Virus record (IMG/VR): IMGVR_UViG_3300026549_002532
Location: 1 to 64,000 of that record
From: a virus
Lineage: Duplodnaviria > Caudoviricetes
Direction: 5' to 3' (one strand)
DNA: 64,000 nt
Positions 28,834 to 39,527 of the stretch are shown here, in pieces. Every line of letters starts with the position of its first letter. Positions within the stretch are counted from its first letter, which is position 1. The notes under the pieces are model-generated. The model worked only from the letters and a program-made list of their open reading frames with translations, had not been told where the DNA came from and ran no database searches. Made by a program: the position numbers and the translations under genes.

Positions 28834-29547
28834 TTAATCGTTACAATACTTTATTAACATCGCATACATCATTTCATACAATCCTAATGAAATGAGTGTT
28901 GTGGCATCACCATCGTGATCAATTCCTACCGTTGCAGTCCTATCATGTGTCAATACTAAATTTATCATAGTTCCCAAATATGCTGCTTCTGCCGCAACGC
29001 GGTCGAGAGTTTCCCACTCCTCGCCGTCATTATATATTTTTGCCTTGGGATTTGCCCCTAGTTTGAGCAGACGCTCCATTTCTTTTACCTGCAATTTACA
29101 CACAGCGACATATAGGTCAATGTCGAGCTGTGTTGCACCAAACTTCGTGAGTTGAGATTTGTCTTTAATCCAGAACACGTCTTCTATAGATGCGTCTGTT
29201 TCATCGCTATAGATAAAACCTGCACCGCTTTGACCATAGTCAATGTATGGGATTTCGTCGTCGAATGAAAAGTTGCTGAACTTGTCGATGAGGATTTGTT
29301 TGATTTCTTCATTGAGCTTCAGCGTTTCGCGCACTTTTTCCACATAGCCGGATTGCCATCCTTCGGGTTGTTGAATGGCACGCTCTACCGACATGGTGAT
29401 GAAGTGCAACGGAATATACACACTCCATGTGTAAAGTGCCGGCATCGGTTCGCCATCGGGAATGGTGGCAAGCGTTTTCCGCAACCTTTCTGGAGCCGTA
29501 TTAAGCAATGCGAAAGCGATTTCTCGAATTTTATCTTGAAAAATCAT
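28834..29547 (-). CDS. Hypothetical protein (ankyrin-like segment)
   Basis: 237 aa, 'ERLLKLGANPKAK'. Confidence 0.7.
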   Translation of the reverse strand: MIFQDKIREIAFALLNTAPERLRKTLATIPDGEPMPALYTWSVYIPLHFITMSVERAIQQPEGWQSGYVEKVRETLKLNEEIKQILIDKFSNFSFDDEIPYIDYGQSGAGFIYSDETDASIEDVFWIKDKSQLTKFGATQLDIDLYVAVCKLQVKEMERLLKLGANPKAKIYNDGEEWETLDRVAAEAAYLGTMINLVLTHDRTATVGIDHDGDATTLISLGLYEMMYAMLIKYCND

Positions 29548-29564
29548 GAGTTATATTTTTGCCG

Positions 29565-29599
29565 CAAAGATATGGCTCAAAAGTGCGCTCTATCTGCAC
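29565..29599 (-). promoter_or_regulatory. Promoter with palindromic operator B
   Basis: GTGCGCTCTATCTGCAC 29583-29599, 10 nt from CAAAGATA 29565-29572. Confidence 0.7.
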
Positions 29600-29638
29600 A
29601 ACATAGAAAAAATGCACTGTTTAATAAAATTTTCAGCG

Positions 29639-30130
29639 TTAGTACATTGTTTGAGTGTCGCAATCACCTGACGGGGGCAATGGCAAGCCACGACCATCAA
29701 CCATAGTTAGCGGAGTGTAGCCGTCACGAAGTGCGTTTGTGTATTCGGCAAAAGCATAGATGTAATGCCCATTGTGCGCTTGCTCGACTGCGAGTTTGAA
29801 CCATTCGACATATTCGGGATCTCGACCGAGTGCAAATCGGGAGAGTTCCCGATATTCCTCGATGATGCGCAAAGCGTTTTCATGAGGAGTCATGTCGGAA
29901 TAATCCCACGGCAGATTGCAGTTGTGCGTCAATACGGCCAATTCATTATCGGTTGTATCGCAGAACAAACCGCAATCTTTCCAAGAGTTTTGCTTCACGG
30001 TTAGCCAACAGCGATAGCCAGCACCGTTTGGACTGATGTAAGCACAAACACGGAATTTCTCATAGCCTAGTTTATGAAGCTCGGCTACAGTATCGAAATA
30101 TTTGACAAACTGTTTATGATAATCCTCCAT
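29639..30130 (-). CDS. Hypothetical protein
   Basis: Likely start MEDYHKQF; last gene of the defence operon. Confidence 0.65.
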   Translation of the reverse strand: MEDYHKQFVKYFDTVAELHKLGYEKFRVCAYISPNGAGYRCWLTVKQNSWKDCGLFCDTTDNELAVLTHNCNLPWDYSDMTPHENALRIIEEYRELSRFALGRDPEYVEWFKLAVEQAHNGHYIYAFAEYTNALRDGYTPLTMVDGRGLPLPPSGDCDTQTMY

Positions 30131-30135
30131 AGTGT

Positions 30136-30654
30136 TTATGCGATTAGTTGGCATAGGCACGTGGCGAGCAGGACTACCTGCGGTAGTGATGGCAGCGACG
30201 TGTCGGTGCGGTTAGCGAGGTAAGTGTCAACGAGGACTTTGCGAAGCTGTTGGGCGGTAGCCGGCTCTTTCATCAGCTCGAAAAGTTCGTGGTCAATCTC
30301 TGCGCACTTGTAGAAGTTACGCAGGGTGGAGATGGCATAACTACTGGGCGAGTTGCCCGGAACACGGGGAACGAGCCGCCAGAACGGCTCACCGCTCATG
30401 TGGTAGTACGGCATCCCGATATTGGGCTTGAAGTGAGCGATGTGACGCGTGTAGCGCAAATCGTTCAACTTGAAAGCCGTGAGCAGAGCCTCGCTCAGCT
30501 CAATCTGAGGCGAGCGAATGATGCCGCACTCCACCAGGTCGATGACTGCCAACAGCAGCAGCGGCTTGTGCGGTGCCAGCTGCCCACCTTTCTTGTTCAC
30601 CGAAAGGTGGTCAAAGCACTGCAGATAATATGCCAAACCCTTATCGCCCATCAT
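30136..30654 (-). CDS. SBD/McrA-N-like modified-DNA-binding domain without a nuclease domain
   Basis: 'APHKPLLLLAVIDL...PYYHMSGEPFWRL' resembles the N-terminal domain of phosphorothioate-dependent HNH endonucleases; ATGA overlap with the helicase stop. Confidence 0.6.
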   Translation of the reverse strand: MMGDKGLAYYLQCFDHLSVNKKGGQLAPHKPLLLLAVIDLVECGIIRSPQIELSEALLTAFKLNDLRYTRHIAHFKPNIGMPYYHMSGEPFWRLVPRVPGNSPSSYAISTLRNFYKCAEIDHELFELMKEPATAQQLRKVLVDTYLANRTDTSLPSLPQVVLLATCLCQLIA

Positions 30655-33600
30655 TCAACGTCCTCAATCGCGACATCATACTTGATGTCCTCGGTACGGG
30701 TCAATTCGATGTTATCAGCGGTAGATGTATCATCGTTGGTGAAAAATCGGTTGTTTTGACCGATTTTCCAACCGTTCAAGAAACCGCCATCGGGGTAGAT
30801 TGAAAGTTTCTTTCCTGCAAAAGAAATCGTCAACTCGCGCCAATGCGTGAGCGTGCGACGCTCTTGCGACACGATGGGTTGAAGTGTGCCCTCGTACCTG
30901 TCGCCATGCTTGTCGTTGAAGTCTTCAAGCCAGCGCTCTGCAATATCTTTGAGATATTGGTCACGCAGATAGCTACCGGCAAGTGCGGCTTGAATACTTG
31001 GTTTCATATTCGGCTCGTCGTACTTCTCAATCTTGAATGAGAGTGAGAAGTCTTTGCCGATTAGTTTGACAAAGTGTTCCACAGTCTGCAGGGCAAGTAC
31101 GATGGCAAGCACGCTTTTGAGGTGTTCGTCCTGATAGAACACTTCAATCTTTCCCTTGTGCTGCTTGCAGTGTGCGAGGAACTGCTCAACAATCCCCTGG
31201 GCATTCTCTTGAATGATTGCGCCCAAAGTCTTTGAGTTGATATTGCGTGAGCGGTTTCCGCTAAGTCTGAAAATCTTGGTGGTCGGTTTCGGTGACGTGT
31301 CAACCGAAACGGCATTGATGGCCGGATTTTCAACCTGTGCGCAATACATCGTTTCGTTAGCCCATTTGTCGTTGAGTGAAGCAAATTCGGCATTGTTGGT
31401 CACATAGAGCAGACCATCAATGTAAGCGATAGGATAAACGCCCTTTGCCGCAAAAGGATTGTCGAATATCTTCACATCTTTTGTCCAGCCCTTGATGGCT
31501 TGCACCATCTGGATGATGGGCACATTCATGGGCGCATGGCCCTCGGCAGCGATGCAGAATGTGGGTTCAAGCCCTCGACCGGCGAAGTTGTTGAGGTGCT
31601 GGCCACGCCAACTGTTTTCAGCATCGCTGTAGTTCCATGTCGAGAAGTCATTGGTGACAAACAATGTCGGTGCGGTGCTTGCCTTTCTGAAAGCACGCTC
31701 CAGCTCTTGAATCGACAATTCATGAGCGTTGGGCAGCAGCGCGGCGATTTCTTTAGGCAGATTTTCAGCCGATTCTTCTTCCTCCTGAATCCACGCAAGC
31801 GCCAAATCAATGTCGATATATTTCATAAATCGCAAAGTGAACTTGTCAAGGATTACATCCTTTGTGTTGCGCTGCTTGGCTTCAAGCAACATTCGCTTTG
31901 CGATTTTCACGACTGCGTTCATGATAACCACGCTCGACAACTGATTGGCATAACCCGCGCCGCCGGGGTTGGTGTCGAACACGCAGAGGTGGCCGTTGGG
32001 CATGATGGCGAAGTCCACCGCTCCGCGCTCTTTGCCGAGGTGTTCGACAAGTGCTTGGGTAAACACCACGCCCAGCGTGAACAACAAGTTGGTTTCGGCA
32101 TCACGCTCCGAGATCCAACTGTTGCTTCCCTTGTGGCGCAAACGGATTTCGGCAAAATCGGTTTGGATTAGTCCACCAATGATGACGTTTCTTCTGATTA
32201 AAGATGGGTCATAAGAGCCGTGGCATGGTCTGCGCTGCCCCACATCTTTTCCGCTGATGACGTAGTGGAAACGAGGCTTGTCCGGGTCGCGTGGGAAGAC
32301 GGGATTCATGTCATGCGGCAGTTTCAGCGGATTCTCGCGGTCAGCGACTTCCGTCTCTATCACCGCACGACCGCATCGCTGGCAGTAGCAATAGCCGAAG
32401 CCCTGTCCCTCGTTGTAGTAGAGAATCTTGGCATAGCCCGTGTCGCGGTTGCTTCTCACCGAGAACAAGTGCGGGTCTTTCGGGCCCGAAGTCCAGTCAT
32501 CGGTGTCGATGAGCTGTGCGCTGACATGGGTATAGACATTGTTGTCAAGGATGCGCGTCTTGTCCTCATTGATGTCGGGCATGAAAGCCGCAGGCTGAAT
32601 GAGCGTCAATGCCTTATCGTCATTCACCGGCCAGTTTATCATGTGGTCGAGTGCGTTGGCATCATCAATGACGGTCTTGTTTCGGTTATGATAGATTTGC
32701 ATGAATACCCTCGCGTCCTGGTACTGGCTTGACGTTTGCACGCCACGCACGGTGTAAACGACACCATCAACGACTACCGCATTGCCGGGCGCATATTGTG
32801 CGATGGCCTCGCGCAGCGAGTAGGTCGGATTAGATGAGCTTGAACTGTTCACGTAGTCACGTTTGCCGCTGGGGTCAAGGTCAAGCGACAGCACGTTGAC
32901 CGGCATATTGGCATTCGGCGAGAAGCGATGCGTTGCCCAATAGGTAATCAAGCGAGCGTTCAACTCGTCGAAATATTGCCATTTTAACTTGTTGCGGAAT
33001 CTTGTGTTGGTCGCCGTGCGCAGAGCCACCGCATAGTCTTCGAGTTTGAGACTCAACTCGGAGTAGCAACGGCGGTTGTGCTCTGCCGCTTTTTGCACCA
33101 CATAGTTCAACTGCCCCTCAAAGATGGTGCCATCGAGCAATGCGGTCAACCCGCTGCGTAAGTCTCCGCTCAACGGCTCGGAGCATTTGCGATTGAACAA
33201 TTCATACATTGTGCCCTCGGGTTCTCCCAGCATCTGGTCGGGGCTAACGGTAGCATTGTTTTGGTCAACGATTTCTTTGAAGCCACTTGGGGTGGCCTCG
33301 ATGCGGAATGGCGTGAAGTAGTCCACTACCTTTTGGTTGAGACTACCGCCATGTGCGCCCTCGGTGAAAACTCCAAAGGCACGCACGAGGAATGAGTTGA
33401 CGTGACGCTGCACCACTTGCGGACTTTTCAGATCGACCGACGGCACTTCGACGGGTCGGCTGATAATAGTCGGGATAGGATTATACAATGTGCGCAGACC
33501 GATAGCGTCAGAGCCGCACAAGGTGATGCACACGCTGCGCACTTTGTTGTTACGTCCGCTTCGTCCGGCACGCTGCTTGTAGTTCGACGGCATGGGTGGC

Positions 33601-36600
33601 ACCGAACTCAACATCACCACTTCAAGATTGCCCAGGTCAACACCCATTTCCATCGTTGTCGAGCAAGCGAGAATGTTAATCAAGTGCTTCTTGAAGTCAA
33701 GCTGCATTTTTCTCGCAATCGCCTTATCGACTTGGGCGGTATGCTCTGCCTGAATGAACAGTTTGGGAATAAGGTGGATTGAATACAGGCGGTCGGCAAA
33801 CACGCCGTCGTTTCCCCACAGGTTGTGCTCATAGAGCAGCTTGCGATTTTCTTTTGCCCACGCTTCGAGTTTTTCGGGCGTGGGTTCACCGCTTGCCGAG
33901 CCATGATAATATGGATATGGCGCCCAGTGTTCATGCAAATTCTCGTCAAGGTCAACCGGGATGCCACCCGAAAGATAGGGCGAGAAGTGTTTGAAGTTAT
34001 TCTCGATGGGACGCAGGCTGAATGTGTGACGGTCGGCACTGTCGCTGGTCGTGTCACACAGATACACGTTCTCATAGAGCTTGAAACTGATGTTGGTGAG
34101 ATTCATACGAAGCACATCACCGCGCTCGGGAACGTGCCTTGCGTCGTCCTCATCGTAGTTCGTGGCCGTTTCCAGAATCTTGTTCTCGGGCACTTGAACG
34201 GTCTCCCACAGGGCATCGACCACATTGCTGATGCTGTCGAAATATTCGTTATAGGCATCGTTCAATGTCATGGTGTTGTCGTCGCGCACAATGAGCTGGC
34301 ACAAGTAGCGTGCCACACGCGACTGCGTGAGTTTGCCCTCCTCCATCACAGGCTTGCGGGCCGGACGGCGACGCGGCCTCTCGGTGGCGAAACGCTGGCA
34401 CTTGAAGATGTCGATGGGGTCGGTGTCGTTGATGCGCAGGAAGAACGACTGGTTACTCCTGATGTTGTAGTCAATGAACACTTGAATGAGATTGCGCCAA
34501 TCTTCGAGGGTGATGGTGTTCGCCTCATTCTCCATGAGTTCATTGAACTGCTCCACGGCTTTCGGCAGTTCCTTGATGTTCATGAGCTGCGGGTAGCAGG
34601 TCTGGAACAAGCCCATCGTCTCGAACGATGCCGCCGAGGTGAGGTGCTTTGCCAAGTACATCATCATGATGCTTTGCACATATCGCCTGACGATGATGTC
34701 GGGGATTGTGCCGTCGTCGTTCAGCTCGTCGCTGTCGCTCGACCGTTTGATGAATTGCGAGCAGAATGTTGTGCAATGGCGGTCGTTTTTCAGCAGTTCG
34801 GCAATCTCCATCCACGAGATGCTGTCTTTGAGCTTTGCCCTTTCTTTCTTGCGCTGCTGGAACAATGCCTCATATTCATCGGATTCATCGTCATATTGAC
34901 GCATTTTCTTCGTCAACTCGTCCACAATCTTCTTCTGTTTCTCGGCCTCGGCTTTGCGGCGGCACAATTCGGTGTAGATGGTGCTGTATAGCCACATCCT
35001 TTCTTGCTCAAGGTTTTGCTTGAGCGTGGCTTTGGCGGCTGCCTGACGGCTATCGACAAAGCTGATGAATTGCTGTCCGTCATGTAACATAATCGAGCCA
35101 TCGGTGGGCGGCTCGGCTTTGTCGAGCTGGTCAAGCACCGATGGAGCGAGCAGACGGCTGATGAAGTCGGCCGACAAGCGGAACTTCATCATTCGGGTGT
35201 CTTCCAGATTGCCCGAAGCGTCGTTCTCCATGTCTTTCTCGTTGGTGCGTGCGCGCGACTGCTTGCTGTTGCAATAGGGGCAACGGCACTGGGTGTTGCC
35301 CACCACGTGCCACTCTCCGGGCTTGATTTCTCCGGGCTGCACTTGGATGAGTTGGTCGCCATCGACCTTGAACTTCACATTGTTATCGCCATGGTTGTTT
35401 GCCTGGTTCGACAATGCGAAGATAATGTATTTCAAGTCACCGTCCTCATCGTCGGGGTCGGGCAAGTCGAACATATCGCTGTCATCGGTAGCGACTGACT
35501 TGTATTTCCAGTCGTTGGTGTCAACCATGCCCACTGCCACATATTCGCCGCAATTCTTGCAGCGGCTCAACTCCAGCAGCGGCACTTCGTTGCCGTCGTT
35601 GGGTGTTTGCGTATAGATGCGGAACGAGCCGTCGGCGTGCTCGGTCAAGCGCACAAACAAGCCATTGTTGGGCACGCGGTAGAAATAATGCACTTTGAGC
35701 TTCATGTCGGGCACAGGTTGTCCTGCGGCACGATAGCGCACTTCCTCTCGCTCGCACATTTCATCGACGAGCCGAAGCTGTGTTTCAACATCTGTGGTCT
35801 CGGGGAACAACTCATTCAGCGGAACAAAATCTTTGGCGAAGATGGTTTTCCAGCGTTGCTCGTCTTCGCCATGCGGAATGTTGTCCTCGCCCACGCGCTT
35901 GCCGCCTATCACCTCAACTTGCTTGGTGCTCAGTCCTGTTATGCCGGCGATGAATTTGCGCAGTTTCTTGGTTTCTTCTTTGGCTTTCTCCGGGTCGTCG
36001 GTGTTGCCGAAAGTTGCCGATGAAGTGGCAAAGCGCACATCGGCGGCGTCCACATTGAAAGCCAGCAACACACGGCGCAGCAGCAATGCCAACTCGGCGG
36101 CGCCCGCACCGGTGTAGGTGTGGGTCTCGTCGATGGCCACCCAGCGCAGACTTTGCTGCTTGGGGTCGATGAGCGCCGCGTCGGTGCCACGAAGCAGGAT
36201 GTATTCGAGCATCGTTGGGTTAGTGAGCAGGATGTCGGGCGGTGTCTGCCGCACCTGTCTGCGGGTATAGAGCATTTTGCCGAAACGGTATTTCGTCTCG
36301 CCGGTCGCCTCGTCAACATATTCGCCACGCAGCTGCTTGATGCGTGCGCGAAGTCGGTTGGCCTCGGTTGAATTGTCATCGGCTTTCGGCTCGTTCTCGG
36401 GAAGGTCGCCATTATACACCGTGTAGGTGAGATTGGTGCCTTCGAGCAGTTGTTCCAGTCGCTCTTTCTGGTCTTCCATGAGCGCGTTGAGCGGATAGAG
36501 GAAGATGGCCTTGATGGTGCGGCTTTGCACCACATCACCAGCTCCTTGTTGCAGCAGGTCATAGACCAACGGCAACATGAAGCACTCGGTCTTACCCGAA

Positions 36601-36977
36601 CCTGTGCCCGTGGTCACACAGATTGACTTGGGCTTCTGCTCGCCCTTTATCTCAACCGTGCGGCGCAGCAGGTTGTCCCACGATAGATACTGGTGCTCGT
36701 AGGGGGCGTAATACTTGCCTTTTGGCAAGATCTTGCGCCACAGGTTGCCCACGATGGCCTCGGCCTCGGCAGCCGTCACGCTGTGCACGGGCAGGTAGCT
36801 GTTCATGCACTGCACCACCGGCTCGGCGTTGTGGGGAGCGAACAGGTCGCCAATCAGCTTGCGCAGTTGCGCGATGTAGCTGGCCTGGCTGTCGTTGCTT
36901 GACTCACCGCACCACATCGAGAGCATGGTTTTCTCGACTGCGATGCGATTATTTTTATATAACTCGGCAAAGTTCAT
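30651..36977 (-). CDS. druE: Giant SF2 helicase with DUF1998/MZB-type C-terminal region; Druantia DruE-like
   Basis: 2108 aa; TGTGSGKT, YPLNALMEDQ, PPDILLTNPTMLE, DETH, STTMEMGVDLG, QRAGRSGR, 'FDTNPGGAGY'. Confidence 0.75.
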   Translation of the reverse strand: MNFAELYKNNRIAVEKTMLSMWCGESSNDSQASYIAQLRKLIGDLFAPHNAEPVVQCMNSYLPVHSVTAAEAEAIVGNLWRKILPKGKYYAPYEHQYLSWDNLLRRTVEIKGEQKPKSICVTTGTGSGKTECFMLPLVYDLLQQGAGDVVQSRTIKAIFLYPLNALMEDQKERLEQLLEGTNLTYTVYNGDLPENEPKADDNSTEANRLRARIKQLRGEYVDEATGETKYRFGKMLYTRRQVRQTPPDILLTNPTMLEYILLRGTDAALIDPKQQSLRWVAIDETHTYTGAGAAELALLLRRVLLAFNVDAADVRFATSSATFGNTDDPEKAKEETKKLRKFIAGITGLSTKQVEVIGGKRVGEDNIPHGEDEQRWKTIFAKDFVPLNELFPETTDVETQLRLVDEMCEREEVRYRAAGQPVPDMKLKVHYFYRVPNNGLFVRLTEHADGSFRIYTQTPNDGNEVPLLELSRCKNCGEYVAVGMVDTNDWKYKSVATDDSDMFDLPDPDDEDGDLKYIIFALSNQANNHGDNNVKFKVDGDQLIQVQPGEIKPGEWHVVGNTQCRCPYCNSKQSRARTNEKDMENDASGNLEDTRMMKFRLSADFISRLLAPSVLDQLDKAEPPTDGSIMLHDGQQFISFVDSRQAAAKATLKQNLEQERMWLYSTIYTELCRRKAEAEKQKKIVDELTKKMRQYDDESDEYEALFQQRKKERAKLKDSISWMEIAELLKNDRHCTTFCSQFIKRSSDSDELNDDGTIPDIIVRRYVQSIMMMYLAKHLTSAASFETMGLFQTCYPQLMNIKELPKAVEQFNELMENEANTITLEDWRNLIQVFIDYNIRSNQSFFLRINDTDPIDIFKCQRFATERPRRRPARKPVMEEGKLTQSRVARYLCQLIVRDDNTMTLNDAYNEYFDSISNVVDALWETVQVPENKILETATNYDEDDARHVPERGDVLRMNLTNISFKLYENVYLCDTTSDSADRHTFSLRPIENNFKHFSPYLSGGIPVDLDENLHEHWAPYPYYHGSASGEPTPEKLEAWAKENRKLLYEHNLWGNDGVFADRLYSIHLIPKLFIQAEHTAQVDKAIARKMQLDFKKHLINILACSTTMEMGVDLGNLEVVMLSSVPPMPSNYKQRAGRSGRNNKVRSVCITLCGSDAIGLRTLYNPIPTIISRPVEVPSVDLKSPQVVQRHVNSFLVRAFGVFTEGAHGGSLNQKVVDYFTPFRIEATPSGFKEIVDQNNATVSPDQMLGEPEGTMYELFNRKCSEPLSGDLRSGLTALLDGTIFEGQLNYVVQKAAEHNRRCYSELSLKLEDYAVALRTATNTRFRNKLKWQYFDELNARLITYWATHRFSPNANMPVNVLSLDLDPSGKRDYVNSSSSSNPTYSLREAIAQYAPGNAVVVDGVVYTVRGVQTSSQYQDARVFMQIYHNRNKTVIDDANALDHMINWPVNDDKALTLIQPAAFMPDINEDKTRILDNNVYTHVSAQLIDTDDWTSGPKDPHLFSVRSNRDTGYAKILYYNEGQGFGYCYCQRCGRAVIETEVADRENPLKLPHDMNPVFPRDPDKPRFHYVISGKDVGQRRPCHGSYDPSLIRRNVIIGGLIQTDFAEIRLRHKGSNSWISERDAETNLLFTLGVVFTQALVEHLGKERGAVDFAIMPNGHLCVFDTNPGGAGYANQLSSVVIMNAVVKIAKRMLLEAKQRNTKDVILDKFTLRFMKYIDIDLALAWIQEEEESAENLPKEIAALLPNAHELSIQELERAFRKASTAPTLFVTNDFSTWNYSDAENSWRGQHLNNFAGRGLEPTFCIAAEGHAPMNVPIIQMVQAIKGWTKDVKIFDNPFAAKGVYPIAYIDGLLYVTNNAEFASLNDKWANETMYCAQVENPAINAVSVDTSPKPTTKIFRLSGNRSRNINSKTLGAIIQENAQGIVEQFLAHCKQHKGKIEVFYQDEHLKSVLAIVLALQTVEHFVKLIGKDFSLSFKIEKYDEPNMKPSIQAALAGSYLRDQYLKDIAERWLEDFNDKHGDRYEGTLQPIVSQERRTLTHWRELTISFAGKKLSIYPDGGFLNGWKIGQNNRFFTNDDTSTADNIELTRTEDIKYDVAIEDVE

Positions 36978-36995
36978 ATATCGTAGTTTATGTGG

Positions 36996-39527
36996 TTACT
37001 GAATTATTTCCTCGGCAAACCGCTCGAAGCCGTCAAGGTCTTCGTCGGTGAGTTCGTCGCCGCGCAGTTCGAGCAGCGGCTTGCGGATTTGCTCCTCGAA
37101 GTCTCGCTTCGAGAGCCGACGCAGGGGCATGAATACGAAGAAGTACATATTGTGCTTCACGGCTTGCCGGAAGCAGTCGAGCACCGAAATGTAGTCATAT
37201 TCTTCGGCCCATGTGTCTGTATCATTCATCAGGGGGAAACGGCAGGTCAGCGACTTGGCGTTTCGCAGGTCTTGGAAGATGATGCCCCAGCGGTCGCGCA
37301 CGGCGGCATCATTGTAGTCCACGTCAATCGGCTCGGTGCCCTCGGCGTAGTTCCAGAACAGGAACCGCTCGTCGTCGGCTGGCTTCTCACCCTTTTTGTT
37401 GCCGAAAACCAAGTACAGAAAATCGGGCGCGAGCGCGTCGAGTGCCGTGGCAGGGTATCTCATGCCTTTCTCCCATGCCGCCAGTGCCGCCATGCCTTTG
37501 TCGGGATTGCCACTGATGTTGATAAACGGCTCGGCAAACAAGCCGGCGAGGTTGCCGCACGAGTAGTAACGGTAACCTTGACGGCTGAAATCGGCGATGG
37601 CCACGCGGCGGCGGTAGATGACCGGCAGGTTCAGTTGCTCGCCGTCGTCAAGATAGTTGATTACCTTGCCATCAAGATACACCTCTTTAATCAGCGTGGG
37701 ACGAAAGACTTCCACCTCGGCGCTGCCGATGTGCAACGTCACGGTGGGGCGCAACGGCTCGAAGTCAAGCGGGATTTCATCTTGCTTGACGGCCTCGGTC
37801 ACGCTGCCGTCGTCGCCGATGGTGGCGTAACGGATGGCGCAATTGTAGAAGTCGCGCACGATGGGCTGCGCCCCGTCAAGGCGTGGCAGGTAGCAAGCCT
37901 CAAAGTTGGGCAGTTGCCGCCCTTTCACGGTGAGGCGCAGCGTGACTTTGCCGTATGGCGGTCGGCTGTCGGCCGTCCATTCGGTGAAGTACGCGCCTTG
38001 CTTGTATTCCAGCAGCTCAATCTCGGTGTCTTCATCGGGATTGGCCCGGGTGATATCGTCTTTGGTGGCGAAGTGGCGGGCTATCACGTCGTCGCTGCCG
38101 AAAATGAGCGGCAGCAGTTCCTCGTCGCCATACTTTTCGTCAATCCACTTCACATAGCCGCCGTCCTTATAGTGGATGGTGTCGTGGTAGAGCCGTGTGG
38201 CGATGCGGTCATAGCCCTGGCGGTTGTAGAGCGTCAGCTCACGGTCGCCGCTTGTGAGTGTGGCTTTGTCGTAGATGAGATACCAGCCCCACGGCTCGCT
38301 CTTGCCGTGACGCTTCGAGCGGAACGGCTTGAACTCCACCGGCTCGCTGGTCGAGGCGAGGTGCAGGTGCCACTGGCCGCTGAACACCACGGCGGTTTCG
38401 CGCTGGGCGTTCTGCAGGCTCGTCCATTGGTCAACGCTGCCACTGATGCGCCACAGCTGCAGCAGGTCAGGCGAAGCCTCACGCTGCAACTCATATTCCT
38501 TGCCGTTATTGTCCATGGCCACGATTGCCAGACTGTCGAACTGTGCCGTGGGCACATCGCCGCAGTTGGCAGAACGTTCCACACCTACGGCCACAAAGCC
38601 GGTTTCCTCATCGCCGGTGTTGGAGAAGGTGATGGGCGCATGGCTCCAGTCCACATCGGCCACGGCATTGCCACCGTGCAGAAAGCGCACTCCCACCTTG
38701 AGCGATTTCAGTTGCTCGGGGTGCGCAATGCCCCACAACGACATGCGGTCGTAGCGCAGGTATTGGTGCAAGCCGCCGCGCACTTCCTCGGGGCGCAGCC
38801 ACAGGCGCAGCGTGCGCGACATGGCGGTGTAGCCCGGGGCGTTGGTGATGACCCATTCCAGACGGAACTTGTCACGCAGCACCTTGTCGTTGGCGGTGCG
38901 CATGGCGGTCACGAAGCGGGTCACCTCGCTGCCGCCGGCAAGGTCTTCGTCGTTGAACGGCAGTTTGCCGTTCAGGATTTCCTGCATATAGTCGTGCAGA
39001 CTGTGCCGCTTCACGCTCTGGCGGAAACTGATGGCGCGTGAAGCGTCCTCGATGTTTTCGAGGGTGTAATCGTCGTGGTGGTAGATGCGGCACAGTGCTT
39101 TGAGGAAGCGCAGCTTGTCGTTGCGCCCCAACTCATGGCGAATGGCGAGGCCGCCCAGCACGTAGGCCGAGTAGAGCCAACGGCGGTTGCCGCCCTCGTC
39201 GCTATAGACGAGTCGCCGCCAAGCGAAGCCCGACGTTTTCCAAGCGGTTTCGAGCTTGATGTCGGGGCGAGCGTCGAGTAGCGGACACGAGTTGCCGCTT
39301 TGATAGCGCCGCTTGTACCACTCGGCGAGATAGACAAGCAGTGCTGCGGCCCACGGCTGCTCACCATGCAGCCTGTCGGTGCTTTGGGCGGTGACTGCCG
39401 TCTCCAGCTCGCCAAACTCGCTTGCGCTCAACCGCAGCTGCCACACCCAGGGGCGTGCGGCGTCGAGCGCGGCGATTTTTGCAGTCAGTTCGCTGCTCAG
39501 TCTTCCATCTTTGTTGCTATCTCCCAT
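36996..39527 (-). CDS. DruH-like (STY4851/ECs_5259-type) partner of the helicase
   Basis: About 843 aa directly upstream of DruE; N-terminal 'LLVYLAEWYKRRY' and 'LGGL' recall the DruH N-terminal motif. Confidence 0.55.
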   Translation of the reverse strand: MGDSNKDGRLSSELTAKIAALDAARPWVWQLRLSASEFGELETAVTAQSTDRLHGEQPWAAALLVYLAEWYKRRYQSGNSCPLLDARPDIKLETAWKTSGFAWRRLVYSDEGGNRRWLYSAYVLGGLAIRHELGRNDKLRFLKALCRIYHHDDYTLENIEDASRAISFRQSVKRHSLHDYMQEILNGKLPFNDEDLAGGSEVTRFVTAMRTANDKVLRDKFRLEWVITNAPGYTAMSRTLRLWLRPEEVRGGLHQYLRYDRMSLWGIAHPEQLKSLKVGVRFLHGGNAVADVDWSHAPITFSNTGDEETGFVAVGVERSANCGDVPTAQFDSLAIVAMDNNGKEYELQREASPDLLQLWRISGSVDQWTSLQNAQRETAVVFSGQWHLHLASTSEPVEFKPFRSKRHGKSEPWGWYLIYDKATLTSGDRELTLYNRQGYDRIATRLYHDTIHYKDGGYVKWIDEKYGDEELLPLIFGSDDVIARHFATKDDITRANPDEDTEIELLEYKQGAYFTEWTADSRPPYGKVTLRLTVKGRQLPNFEACYLPRLDGAQPIVRDFYNCAIRYATIGDDGSVTEAVKQDEIPLDFEPLRPTVTLHIGSAEVEVFRPTLIKEVYLDGKVINYLDDGEQLNLPVIYRRRVAIADFSRQGYRYYSCGNLAGLFAEPFINISGNPDKGMAALAAWEKGMRYPATALDALAPDFLYLVFGNKKGEKPADDERFLFWNYAEGTEPIDVDYNDAAVRDRWGIIFQDLRNAKSLTCRFPLMNDTDTWAEEYDYISVLDCFRQAVKHNMYFFVFMPLRRLSKRDFEEQIRKPLLELRGDELTDEDLDGFERFAEEIIQ

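Noticed and set aside
33825-39041. Long plus-strand ORFs 33825-34991 and 36990-39041
   Set aside because: Shadow frames of the DruE-like and DruH-like genes.
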